From: an uncultured delta proteobacterium
GTDB lineage: Bacteria; Desulfobacterota; Binatia; Binatales; Binataceae
Assembly (NCBI GenBank): GCA_963724765.1
Contig: CAVRVY010000001.1
Span: 384,001-448,000, forward strand
Reading direction: 5' to 3'
DNA: 64,000 bases
The notes under the pieces are model-generated. The model worked only from the letters and a program-made list of their open reading frames with translations. It was not told where the DNA came from and did not search any database. Every line of letters starts with the position of its first letter. Within the stretch, counting starts at the first letter, position 1. Of the stretch, positions 48,379-57,054 are shown piece by piece. The position numbers were made by a program, and so were the translations under genes.

Positions 48379-48816
48379 ATGAACCTCTGGCGCAGACGCG
48401 CGAGCTTGCACAACGGCCGAACGACGCGGCTCAAGCATGATTTCGTGATCGGACCGCAGCGTCATAGCGACCTGTTTGGGCGGGCGGCGCGACTTTACTA
48501 TTGCGTCCGATGCAAATGGAGCTTCCTGGTCTGCGGCAGCACAGTCGCGGTCCTCGACGAAGATGAAGTCCCGATAGCCGGAGAAGAAAGTGTCCGGCGA
48601 TTCAATACTTTCGGAGAAGGCCCGTGTCCCGTACTCGAAGCGTTCGTCTCGGCGGCGCTAGCCCGCGCCGAGGCTTTGCGTCCGCCATCGCGCAGCAAAC
48701 ATGACGAACCTGGCAGCGTGGCTCCTGTGGCCCCCATCCACATTCCTGCCCGGTCCGCCCGGCCCCGGCCTTCGCTGCGCGTACTTACCCGGATGCGAGA
48801 AAATCCAGGCCGGTAG
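48379..48816 (+). CDS. hypothetical protein with CxxC motif
   Basis: ATG 48379; HDF...YYCVRCKWSF...GPCP. Confidence 0.45.
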   Translation: MNLWRRRASLHNGRTTRLKHDFVIGPQRHSDLFGRAARLYYCVRCKWSFLVCGSTVAVLDEDEVPIAGEESVRRFNTFGEGPCPVLEAFVSAALARAEALRPPSRSKHDEPGSVAPVAPIHIPARSARPRPSLRVLTRMRENPGR

Positions 48817-48821
48817 CGCAA

Positions 48822-48841
48822 GCGACGCTCGCGAGCGTCGC
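48822..48841. terminator. perfect 20-bp palindrome between convergent ORFs
   Basis: gcgacgctcgcgagcgtcgc. Confidence 0.45.
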
Positions 48842-48866
48842 GTTCAGTATTGATCGCCAGTTGCTC

Positions 48867-49038
48867 CTAAGCGGCGCCGTTCTCGACGACCTTCCAGCTT
48901 CCCGCGCCCACGCCAGGGTCCAGGCTCAGCCCGCTTATCACCCGATCCGTTGGCGCACTGCCGGTCGACTTAGATTGCGGCGCCGAAAAGCTGCGCCAGC
49001 ATCAGCCGCACGATGAATTCCACCAGGGTCATGGTCAT
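48867..49038 (-). pseudogene. MgtC/SapB family remnant with internal deletion
   Basis: GGAG RBS, MTMTLVEFIVRLMLAQLFGAAI*VDRQ (cf. GAxIGxERQ), a frameshift, then VISGLSLDPGVGAGSWKV* resembling an MgtC C-terminus. Confidence 0.6.
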
Positions 49039-49109
49039 CGGCAAACTCCATCGGTCAGGTGCGGGCGGTGACGCTCGCCGGCGGGCTCGACAAGCGCATC
49101 GGAGCCAGG

Positions 49110-49132
49110 TATACCATACCCCCTATGGTATA
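49110..49132. promoter_or_regulatory. CsoR/RcnR-family operator
   Basis: TATACCATA-CCCCC-TATGGTATA: perfect inverted repeat flanking a C-tract, 20 bp upstream of the repressor gene. Confidence 0.88.
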
Positions 49133-49151
49133 AGGACAAGGTGAAGTTCGC

Positions 49152-49430
49152 ATGGGCCATACGATCAAGGAAAAGACCAAGCTACTCGCCAGGGTGCATC
49201 GCGTTCGCGGCCAGATCGAGGCGGTCGAGCGGGCGCTTGAAGAAGAGAAAGGATGCACAGACGTGCTCCATCTCGTGGTCGCGGCCCGCGGCGCGATGAA
49301 CAGCCTGATGGCCGAGATCATCGCGGATCATATCCGGATGCACGTCGTCGACCCGGCACGCGAACGCGGCTCCGCTCGTGCACAGGGCGCGAAAGAGCTG
49401 ATCGATGTCGTGCAGGCTTATCTGAAGTAA
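49152..49430 (+). CDS. RcnR/DmeR-type metal-sensing repressor (CsoR family)
   Basis: His3, Cys35, His60, His64 (H-C-H-H fingerprint); RVRGQ. Confidence 0.9.
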   Translation: MGHTIKEKTKLLARVHRVRGQIEAVERALEEEKGCTDVLHLVVAARGAMNSLMAEIIADHIRMHVVDPARERGSARAQGAKELIDVVQAYLK

Positions 49431-49448
49431 CCGCAAGGATTAGTCACG

Positions 49449-51446
49449 ATGGAATCGCCTCGAAGAAAAGGTGACATCGCTTCGCTCGAGCCGCTCGAAG
49501 CCCGCACGCCGCCGCCGGTTGCGGCCGAGAGCGAGAGCGGCCAGACGCTCGGGTGGCTCGAGGCGCTTCGAATCGTGGTGGTAGCGCTCGGGGCCGCCGC
49601 GGTCTGGTTTCATTTGTGGGAACCGTTTTCGAGCGTCAACCTGATCGGCGCACTCGTCGTTCTGATCGGTGGCTGGCCAATCTTCAAAGAGGCGGCCGGT
49701 AACCTCGCGGCGAGGCGGATGACGATGGAACTGTCGATGGCCATCGCAATTGTTGCTGCGGCTGCCATCTCCGAGTATTTCACCGCGCTCGTCATCACGG
49801 GTTTCGTGCTGGTCGCCGAGGTGCTCGAGGGCATGACGGTTTCTCGCGGGCGGCGCGCTATCCGCGACCTGTTGGATTGCCTGCCTCGTACGGTCAAGGT
49901 TCGCCGCGCGGGCGGGGTCCGTGAGGCCGCGGCCGGCGAGCTTGCGGTTGGCGATTTCGTTATGGTCAACCCCGGTGGCGCCGTGGCCGTGGACGGCGTG
50001 GTGGTAAGCGGTCATTCATTCGTCGATCAGGCACGGATAACCGGCGAGTCGATGCCGGTTGAAAAACTGCCTGGCGCATTAGTCTACGCCGGAACGATCA
50101 ACCAGTCAGGCGCGCTGGAAATCCGCGCCGAGCGAATCGGCCGCGATACCAGTTACGGCAAGATTATCGAGGCGGTTGAGAATGCTGAGCGCTCGCGGGC
50201 GCCGGTGCAGCAACTCGCCGATCGATTGGCGGGTTACCTGGTATATTTCGCGCTCGGGGCGGCCGCACTCACCTTTATAATCACGCATGACATCCGCTCT
50301 ACCATCTCGGTGGTGATCGTGGCCGGCGCTTGCGGAATTGCCGCGGGCACGCCGCTCGCGATCCTGGGTGGTATCGGCCGCTCGGCGCGCCTCGGCGCAA
50401 TCATCAAGGGTGGTCTGTACCTGGAGACGCTTGGCCGCGTAGACACCGTGGTTCTCGACAAGACCGGCACGCTTACTTTAGGCCGCCCGGAAGCACAGGC
50501 CGTAGTTCCGGCGGCGAACGTGTCGGAGGCCGAAGTTATAGTCGCCGCGGCGTCGGCCGAGATGCGTTCCGAGCATCCGCTCGGCAAGGCGATCGTCGCG
50601 CGCGCCGTCGCGGAGCGCCGTTCCATCCGCGAGCCGGAGCGTTTCGACTACCGTCCCGGACGCGGTATCACGGCAGTGGTGGACGGCGCGACTATCCTGG
50701 TCGGCAACCGCGCGCTCCTCAATGAACGCGGAATAGAGATTCGGCAAGCCGCGCCGGTCAATTCCGCCGTTGCAGCAGCGTCCGATGCCGCCGCGGAAGT
50801 GTTCGTCGCGCGCGAGGGGTGTTTTATCGGGACGATCCTGATCGCCGATACGATTCGTCCCGAGGCTCGCCGCGCGGTCGAGGCGTTCAGCCGGATGCAC
50901 ATCCGGGCCGTCCTGCTTACGGGCGACACCAGGTCCGTGGCCCAGCGCGTCGCGCGCGCTCTCGGGATCGATGAGGTGGAAAGCGATTTGCTGCCCGAAG
51001 CCAAGCTCGCGCGCATCAGACGTCTGGTGGCGGACGGTTCAGTGGTTGCGATGGTCGGTGACGGAATCAACGACGCGCCCGCCCTGACCGAAGCCAGCGT
51101 GGGAGTCGCGATGGGCTCCGGGACCGATGTCGCGCGCGAGAGTGCGGACGTGGTGTTGCTCGGCAACAACCTAGTGAAGTTTACCGAGACGCTGGCGGTC
51201 GCGCGCTGGACGCGCCGAATCATCTTCCAGAATTTCGCCGGGACGATCGTGATCGACATGGTGGGCATCGCATTGGCCGCCGTCGGGCTGCTCGATCCGC
51301 CGTTGGCGGCCTTCATTCACGTCGCTTCCGAATTGGTCTTCATGCTTAACTCAGCCCGGTTGTTGCCGCGATCCGAGCGTGGGAGTCGAGCGAATTCGGA
51401 AATCGCAACCGAGCCGCAGCAACAGGTCATCGGGCGGCCCGCATAA
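49449..51446 (+). CDS. heavy-metal P1B-type ATPase, atypical ACG motif
   Basis: TGES, DKTGT, SEHP, MVGDGINDAPAL; TM4 VAGACGIAAGTP; TM6 HVASE. Confidence 0.92.
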   Translation: MESPRRKGDIASLEPLEARTPPPVAAESESGQTLGWLEALRIVVVALGAAAVWFHLWEPFSSVNLIGALVVLIGGWPIFKEAAGNLAARRMTMELSMAIAIVAAAAISEYFTALVITGFVLVAEVLEGMTVSRGRRAIRDLLDCLPRTVKVRRAGGVREAAAGELAVGDFVMVNPGGAVAVDGVVVSGHSFVDQARITGESMPVEKLPGALVYAGTINQSGALEIRAERIGRDTSYGKIIEAVENAERSRAPVQQLADRLAGYLVYFALGAAALTFIITHDIRSTISVVIVAGACGIAAGTPLAILGGIGRSARLGAIIKGGLYLETLGRVDTVVLDKTGTLTLGRPEAQAVVPAANVSEAEVIVAAASAEMRSEHPLGKAIVARAVAERRSIREPERFDYRPGRGITAVVDGATILVGNRALLNERGIEIRQAAPVNSAVAAASDAAAEVFVAREGCFIGTILIADTIRPEARRAVEAFSRMHIRAVLLTGDTRSVAQRVARALGIDEVESDLLPEAKLARIRRLVADGSVVAMVGDGINDAPALTEASVGVAMGSGTDVARESADVVLLGNNLVKFTETLAVARWTRRIIFQNFAGTIVIDMVGIALAAVGLLDPPLAAFIHVASELVFMLNSARLLPRSERGSRANSEIATEPQQQVIGRPA

Positions 51447-51503
51447 TATGGCTTGAGCATCGGGCTGCCGGCCGGGAGTGCCCGGGTGACGGCGCGCGCG
51501 GCT

Positions 51504-52277
51504 TCAAGGGCCTTGCGACTGGCCGAGACGGGTGAGCGCGTCGAGCAGCGGAGCGTCGGAAATTTGTATCAGCCCCTCAAACGGCCGGTCCAGTTCCAGG
51601 ACCAGGAAGATCGCGCCGGCGACCGACAGCGCGCAGACGAGCAGGACTGCGATCACAGTTGCGTTCGGAGGCGCGAAGAGACCGAAGCTGGCGAAGATCA
51701 TCGCGAGCCAAAAAATCAGCACGACCAAAAACGGCATCGGAATAGAGCCTGCGTTCTGCTCCAACAGCAACGAACGTATATGCCCCAAATCGGAGGTGAT
51801 CTGCGTCGCCTGGGCGCGGAGCGATCGCTGGAGATCGTCGTGCGGCGTCAGTTGCTCTATTCTGTCGAAGAAAACATTGGCTCCGGCCTTTATCTCGGGG
51901 GAGTCCAGTTTCCCGGATTGGTAATTGCCCTTCGACCACGTCTGACCAAGCCCGCGAGCGACCGTGACGCGGAGCAGGTCGCGGGCATCCTTGGTTTCCG
52001 GTCCATAGTGGGCCAGTACGCGGTCGAGCTGAATGAAATCGGCGGCCATCGTCACGACCTCACCGCTCTGCGTGTCATGCGAACTCTTCGCCGAAGCGAT
52101 TAGGAGAGCCAGGACGAGAGCCGACATCGTCGCGATCAGGCCCATCCCGAGCTTTACGACGTCTTTGGAATCCGCGTTCAGATGATGATCGGGCACAATG
52201 GGCCACACAAACATCCCGATTACTGCGCCGCCAAAGACGCACGCGAATGCGATCCAGCTGATGGCCATCGGGCTCAT
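51504..52277 (-). CDS. DUF4239-like membrane protein
   Basis: SKDVVKLGMGLIATMSALVL, LDRVLAHYGPE, ELDRPFEGLIQIS. Confidence 0.75.
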   Translation of the reverse strand: MSPMAISWIAFACVFGGAVIGMFVWPIVPDHHLNADSKDVVKLGMGLIATMSALVLALLIASAKSSHDTQSGEVVTMAADFIQLDRVLAHYGPETKDARDLLRVTVARGLGQTWSKGNYQSGKLDSPEIKAGANVFFDRIEQLTPHDDLQRSLRAQATQITSDLGHIRSLLLEQNAGSIPMPFLVVLIFWLAMIFASFGLFAPPNATVIAVLLVCALSVAGAIFLVLELDRPFEGLIQISDAPLLDALTRLGQSQGP

Positions 52278-52409
52278 GTTCAAACTCTCTAATAGCTGTA
52301 TCAGAAGCTGTCCTTTTGATCCGCATACGATTTGTTGCAAGGCTTCTCTGCCATTGCTAACGGATGAACGTTCATTCGCCGTGTCCGAGCCTTGGGAGGG
52401 GCCGCCCCG

Positions 52410-52868
52410 ATGGCGCAGGCGCAATATTTTCTCAAGCCGTCCCTGACCGAGCGCATTTTCAACCGCCTCTTCGGCATCGCAATCGGCTTCGGCCTGGGCC
52501 TGGGGCACAACTACGTGGTCGAAGTCAGGGGGCGCAAAAGCGGCAGGGTTTTTTCCGCGCCGATCGACCTGCTGGAGTTCGAGGCGCGCCGCTACCTGGT
52601 GGCGCCGCGCGGCGAGACCAAGTGGGTGCGTAATGCCCGCGCGGCGGGGCGCGTGACGCTGCGCAAGGGACACCGGCGCACAGAGTTCGCGGTGCGCGAG
52701 GTTGCCCCCGCCCAGCGCCCGGAATTGCTTAAGGCCTATCTCGACCGCTTCGCACTAACCGTGCAGCGCTACTTTCCGCTTCCACGGGAATCCCCCGCTT
52801 CCGAGTTCGCGTCGATCGCCGAGCGCTATCCGGTCTTCGAACTGACACCAGCCGGCGGGGATGCCTGA
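52410..52868 (+). CDS. deazaflavin (F420)-dependent nitroreductase/DDN family
   Basis: VRGRKSG, WVRNARAAG, YPVFEL. Confidence 0.8.
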   Translation: MAQAQYFLKPSLTERIFNRLFGIAIGFGLGLGHNYVVEVRGRKSGRVFSAPIDLLEFEARRYLVAPRGETKWVRNARAAGRVTLRKGHRRTEFAVREVAPAQRPELLKAYLDRFALTVQRYFPLPRESPASEFASIAERYPVFELTPAGGDA

Positions 52869-52955
52869 CGGTTAACGGGCTGAGGGTTGTGGCCAACTCG
52901 GCGGTTACCGAGCGGGATGACGCTGAAGGTGCTTCGGGTGAGAGCCTGCCGAGGT

Positions 52956-53426
52956 CTAAGTAGTTTCCAGTTTCGCCTCGGCGAATTCCTTGCTCGCCGG
53001 GTCCCATCGGAACGCCGCCGCCCGCGCGAACTTCGCTCCCCGCACCGAAATCACGATGTAGACCGTGTCGGGATAGTCGGGTTCGCCCGGGTCGAACGAG
53101 CATGCCTGCGCGCGATCGGTCGCCGAGAAGTAGGCGTCGTGGTCGGGATGCGAATGATAGACGGCGCTGAGGTTGAGGCGGCGGCGGTCGATTTCATTCA
53201 TCACCGCCAGATGCTCGCGCGGGTCCATCAGGAAGGCCGTGCGTGCGTCGCGCGTAAAGGCGGCTGGATCCTCGGCGTGTTTGCGGTTCTGAATATTGAT
53301 TATCGGGCGGACCTCTTCGACGGCGTCGCGACCGATGATGAAGCCGCAGCACTCGAAGGGAAATTCGCGCTCGGCTTGTGCGACGATCTGGTCGAAGGTG
53401 GCTTTGCGGATGGTAACGGATTCCAT
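52956..53426 (-). CDS. JAMM/MPN+ (M67, Mec-like) metallopeptidase
   Basis: FPFECCG, YHSHPDHDAYFSATD (HxH-x7-S-x2-D). Confidence 0.9.
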   Translation of the reverse strand: MESVTIRKATFDQIVAQAEREFPFECCGFIIGRDAVEEVRPIINIQNRKHAEDPAAFTRDARTAFLMDPREHLAVMNEIDRRRLNLSAVYHSHPDHDAYFSATDRAQACSFDPGEPDYPDTVYIVISVRGAKFARAAAFRWDPASKEFAEAKLETT

Positions 53427-53634
53427 GAGGGCTTTCCAAAACGGCTTTCGACAAGTGTCAACTTTTCGCGCGCGGCAACTCAAACGGCCGCCTGCGGAAA
53501 ATTTAGCCTCTCGGCCGCGCTGCCACAACGCTGTCGCCGGCGCCCGCACGGGACCGCATCTTTCGGCTTGCCCGTGGCGCGCCCGCGCTGTAGGAAGTAG
53601 GCCCATGGCAAAGTAGGAAATGGAGAAGTAGGAA

Positions 53635-54480
53635 ATGGAACGGACAGCGATTCGTCTCGGCGGCGTGGATCTTAGCTCATCGGTCATGAACGCTTCGGGG
53701 CCGCACTCGGCCGAGCGCGGCGAAATCTACGAGCTCTGCGCGCGGCATCAAGGCGCCCTGGTGTTCAAGTCGTGCAATATCGCGGGGCTTGATGCGCCCG
53801 AGAATTTGAAGAATCGCGGCGTCGAGCATTTTGCCGCGATCGCGCGCGAGCTTGTGCCACGTCACAAGGCGATCATCGCCAGCGTGGTCGGCAACACCGA
53901 GGACGAGATCGTCAAGGTCGCGGGCATCCTGGACCGCGCCGGGGTGAAAATCGTCGAGCTCAACCTCGCCGATGACTACGTGATGAAGTCGGTCGCGCCG
54001 TTTGCCTCGCTCGAAAGACTGAAGACGATCATCGGGCGTGTGCGCAGTGAGATCGGTGCGGCGCTCGCGATAAAGCTGCCGCCCAGGCCGGGCGCGATCG
54101 AGGTCAAGGCGCTCGCGGAACTGCTCAAGGAGACCGGCGTCGCGGTCGCCGTATGCGCCAACAACCTGCCCAAGGACCTGGAGATCGATATCGCCACCGG
54201 CCGCATCAAGGGCGCCACGCGTCCGCTCTCGCAGGCGCACATGTTCTGGCGGCTTGGCGGCGGCGCCTACGACGTCGTGGCGGTGGGCGGAGTCAACACC
54301 GGGCGCGACGCCTATGTCGCGCATCTCACCGGGGCGAAGGCGGTCGGCGTCGGCTCGGCTCTGATAAAGGAGGGCGCGGGCGCGCTCGGCCGTATCGATC
54401 GCGAACTGGACGGGATGCTCGAGAAAAGCGGCAAGCGTTCGGTGAACGAGATCGTCGGCCAGGCGGGCTTCGAAAATTGA
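53635..54480 (+). CDS. dihydroorotate-dehydrogenase-like FMN TIM-barrel protein, divergent
   Basis: MNASG, FKS, IIASV, ELN, IKLPP, VGGVNTGRDA, GAKAVGVGSAL; lacks SCPN. Confidence 0.7.
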   Translation: MERTAIRLGGVDLSSSVMNASGPHSAERGEIYELCARHQGALVFKSCNIAGLDAPENLKNRGVEHFAAIARELVPRHKAIIASVVGNTEDEIVKVAGILDRAGVKIVELNLADDYVMKSVAPFASLERLKTIIGRVRSEIGAALAIKLPPRPGAIEVKALAELLKETGVAVAVCANNLPKDLEIDIATGRIKGATRPLSQAHMFWRLGGGAYDVVAVGGVNTGRDAYVAHLTGAKAVGVGSALIKEGAGALGRIDRELDGMLEKSGKRSVNEIVGQAGFEN

Positions 54481-54629
54481 CTTAGCTGCGTTGCCTCTCT
54501 TTGGCCGCAAGTTGCATGGATTGAGGATCAGCGCGTCACGAACGGCTACTTGCCCCGTTTCTCGCGGCTCTGATAGTTTCGGCAGACGGTCGCGCGCGCA
54601 AGGCGCGGCCGCCTCAGCCCAGGTTCCCG

Positions 54630-54707
54630 GTCCCCGTCGTCTAGCTCGGCCTAGGACACCGGCCTTTCACGTCGGTAACACGGGTTCAAATCCCGTCGGG
54701 GACACCA
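54630..54707 (+). tRNA. tRNA-Glu(TTC)
   Basis: Acceptor GTCCCCG/CGGGGAC + ACCA; anticodon arm CCGGC-CTTTCAC-GTCGG; T-loop GGTTCAAATCC. Confidence 0.97.
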
Positions 54708-54788
54708 ATGAAATCGTCTGGTCGGCGCCCGGACGAACGTTACGGGCGGGTATTTGCGCAGAAGGACAGGGTTTCTCGCCTGAACGAA

Positions 54789-54824
54789 ACGGGCGCTGCG
54801 CCGGGTGGAAGACGCAGCGCCCGT
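54789..54824. terminator. hairpin/terminator downstream of tRNA-Glu
   Basis: acgggcgctgcg...cgcagcgcccgt, 12-bp perfect stem with a T-rich tail on the minus strand. Confidence 0.55.
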
Positions 54825-54910
54825 CCGAAGCGATGAAGCTGGACCCTATCGAATTTCCAAGACCAGTCGATCACGCAATGTCGTCAGTGCGTGGCGTCCG
54901 CAAACAGACC

Positions 54911-55279
54911 TTACGAACCCCCCGTTCCCTTGGTACAGGTAGCGCACACGCGACACGAAGCCTCTATTCCTGAAAGGACTGTTCCGATAGTTTGCCAGCC
55001 ATCAGGGGTAGTACCGCTAAAGTGAAAGGTGTTCTCGAGGACGTTAATGGCGGTCAAATTGCCGCTGGAATCAGTACACTGGTAGCCTCCAGCGACCACA
55101 ACATCGTAAGCTGGACATAGTGCGTCGATGTTGAAGGTTCCAAAACCGTCAGCACTCGTGCTCTCGGTTTCACAGACGACCTTAAGAGTCAGACTGTCGA
55201 CATCGACTGCTCTAACCACCTGCGAGTAGGCAAAAATACAAATAGCCATTGTCACCGAAAGTAATACCCATTTTTTCAT
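54911..55279 (-). CDS. small secreted Cys-containing hypothetical protein, lower GC
   Basis: GGGAGG RBS; MKKWVLL signal peptide; CPAYDVVVAGGYQC...CRVCATC. Confidence 0.65.
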   Translation of the reverse strand: MKKWVLLSVTMAICIFAYSQVVRAVDVDSLTLKVVCETESTSADGFGTFNIDALCPAYDVVVAGGYQCTDSSGNLTAINVLENTFHFSGTTPDGWQTIGTVLSGIEASCRVCATCTKGTGGS

Positions 55280-56019
55280 GACTTCCTCCCTTTTATGATT
55301 TGCACGTCCTTTCCACCCGCAAAAAGACACCACGGAACAGGGGACACCGCTTCATCCGGAGCAATCGTTATCAATGATGCGCGCCACCGTATCAGGCTCA
55401 TTCCGTTTTGGATTAGCCGCGAGAAACGTGTATACCGGCGTTGGTAACGCGGCGCTGACGATGATTCTCGCGAACAGGAAACGCGTCGACTGCACCTCCC
55501 GAATACATCCTCTCCGCCTTGTGGCGGCGCGTGCCACGTCAGCGCCGCGCTTACGGACTTCGAGCGTCGAGTTGTGCTCTACGATTTGCTGCGAGAAACC
55601 CTTATGGGTATTTCATCCTTAAGCGCTGAGTATGAGTTAAGTCAAACAAAAAGATTTATCCGGGATTTGTTAGTACCCTGAGCTGTTGAAGGGTTTGCTA
55701 AGCAAATTAGACTTATACGCGCTGATCGCTTTAAGGCAAACACGGAGAATCATCTTAAACTGAGGCGATACGCATAATGTCCCGTCGTACTTCGTCCCGC
55801 GGGGCATCAACGAACAGAAGCCCAAGGATTCTATCCTTAGTTCCAGAGCGCGAGATGCGGGAATCCAATCGCGCGATTGAGAGCGTCCATCAGCTTCGCC
55901 ACGAGGTAGAAAATCGAGTCGCAATCAGAAGCGCGGTCACGGGTACCCCGTGCCGACTTTTGGCGTTTTCTCGTATATTCCGATAAACCCGTCGCACTGC
56001 CATTGGGGAGGATGCCGAT

Positions 56020-56628
56020 ATGAACAGACTCGACCCGGGCAAGACAGCCCTGCTCATCATCAATATGACCAACGATCTGCTGGGATGGGAAGGCGTTCGG
56101 CCGCTGGTGCCACGGCTGGAAAGATTATTGAACCACGCGCGAAAGCGCTCCGTCGCAGTTGTCTTTTCATCGCTGGCTTTCTGTAACAATGGCGCTGACA
56201 GCGGCCAACTGGGAAAGTTCTGGGAGCCGATCGGTAAGGGAGAAGTCCTGGTCAAGGGGACTCAGGGCGCCGCCATCATGCCGGAACTGTCGCCGAGAGT
56301 TGGAGAGCCGGTTTTGGAACGCAACCGCTACAGTGCGTTTTTTAACAGCGAACTCGACGCGATGCTGCGCGAGAAGGGGATCGAGACGCTGATCATCGGC
56401 GGCTATTCAACGAATTTCTGCTGCGACTCGACCGCGCGCGACGCCAACTTCAGAGATTATCATGTCATTATGCTCGAGGACGGCACGGCGCCGATCGCAT
56501 TGGAAGAAGCCACCGGCCAGGCGATCAGCGCTGAGCAAGTGCAGAAGACCGTGCTGGCTAACCTCCGTCGAGGCTTCGCGCAGGTTGCCACCGTCGAAGA
56601 GGTTCTGCGCGCCATGGACGCAGATTAA
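56020..56628 (+). CDS. isochorismatase-family cysteine hydrolase
   Basis: KTALLII, RYSAFFNSELD, STNFCCDSTARDA. Confidence 0.85.
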   Translation: MNRLDPGKTALLIINMTNDLLGWEGVRPLVPRLERLLNHARKRSVAVVFSSLAFCNNGADSGQLGKFWEPIGKGEVLVKGTQGAAIMPELSPRVGEPVLERNRYSAFFNSELDAMLREKGIETLIIGGYSTNFCCDSTARDANFRDYHVIMLEDGTAPIALEEATGQAISAEQVQKTVLANLRRGFAQVATVEEVLRAMDAD

Positions 56629-56635
56629 GCGGAGA

Positions 56636-56878
56636 TTAATTCCATTGACGGCCGCAATCCAGACATGCGAGGAACGGGCGACCGTCGAAGATCGTGCAGC
56701 CGCCGAGCACTACTCGGTCGCGCGAGGCTTCCTCCATCAGTTCTTCGCCCGGTAGTCCATAGACGATCGGACGCACGTGGTTCGAGTGGCACTCTGGACA
56801 ATTGAACAGTGAAGGCTTTAGCGCCTCGGCGGAAGATTTCGATTTGCGGCTGCTATGCGGGCGTTTTGAGGTGCTCAT
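56636..56878 (-). CDS. small Zn-ribbon-like hypothetical protein
   Basis: CPEC...IVYGLP...LGGC...CLDC. Confidence 0.6.
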   Translation of the reverse strand: MSTSKRPHSSRKSKSSAEALKPSLFNCPECHSNHVRPIVYGLPGEELMEEASRDRVVLGGCTIFDGRPFLACLDCGRQWN

Positions 56879-57054
56879 AGTTCAGCTATCGGACATTCTT
56901 GCACGTGTAGCACTCGTTGCAAGCACGTGTGGGCAAGCACCTGCGCCAGTCCTTGCATGGGCGAGAAGGGCGGTCGATTATTACTTCCCGGGTCCTGCCG
57001 GCGCGCTCTACCGAAGACGGGCGCCGCGACGAGCCCAGGAGGGAGCCATCCACG

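Noticed and set aside
55767-55794. dif-like sequence gatacgcataatgt
   Set aside because: It resembles only the XerC arm; the XerD arm (TTATGTTAAAT) is absent.
55352-55986. Several 60-85 aa ORFs in the low-GC islet
   Set aside because: No RBS, motif or codon support; they overlap on both strands.
56907-56935. CIRCE-like tagcactc
   Set aside because: Only a half site; there is no GAGTGCTAA nine bases downstream.
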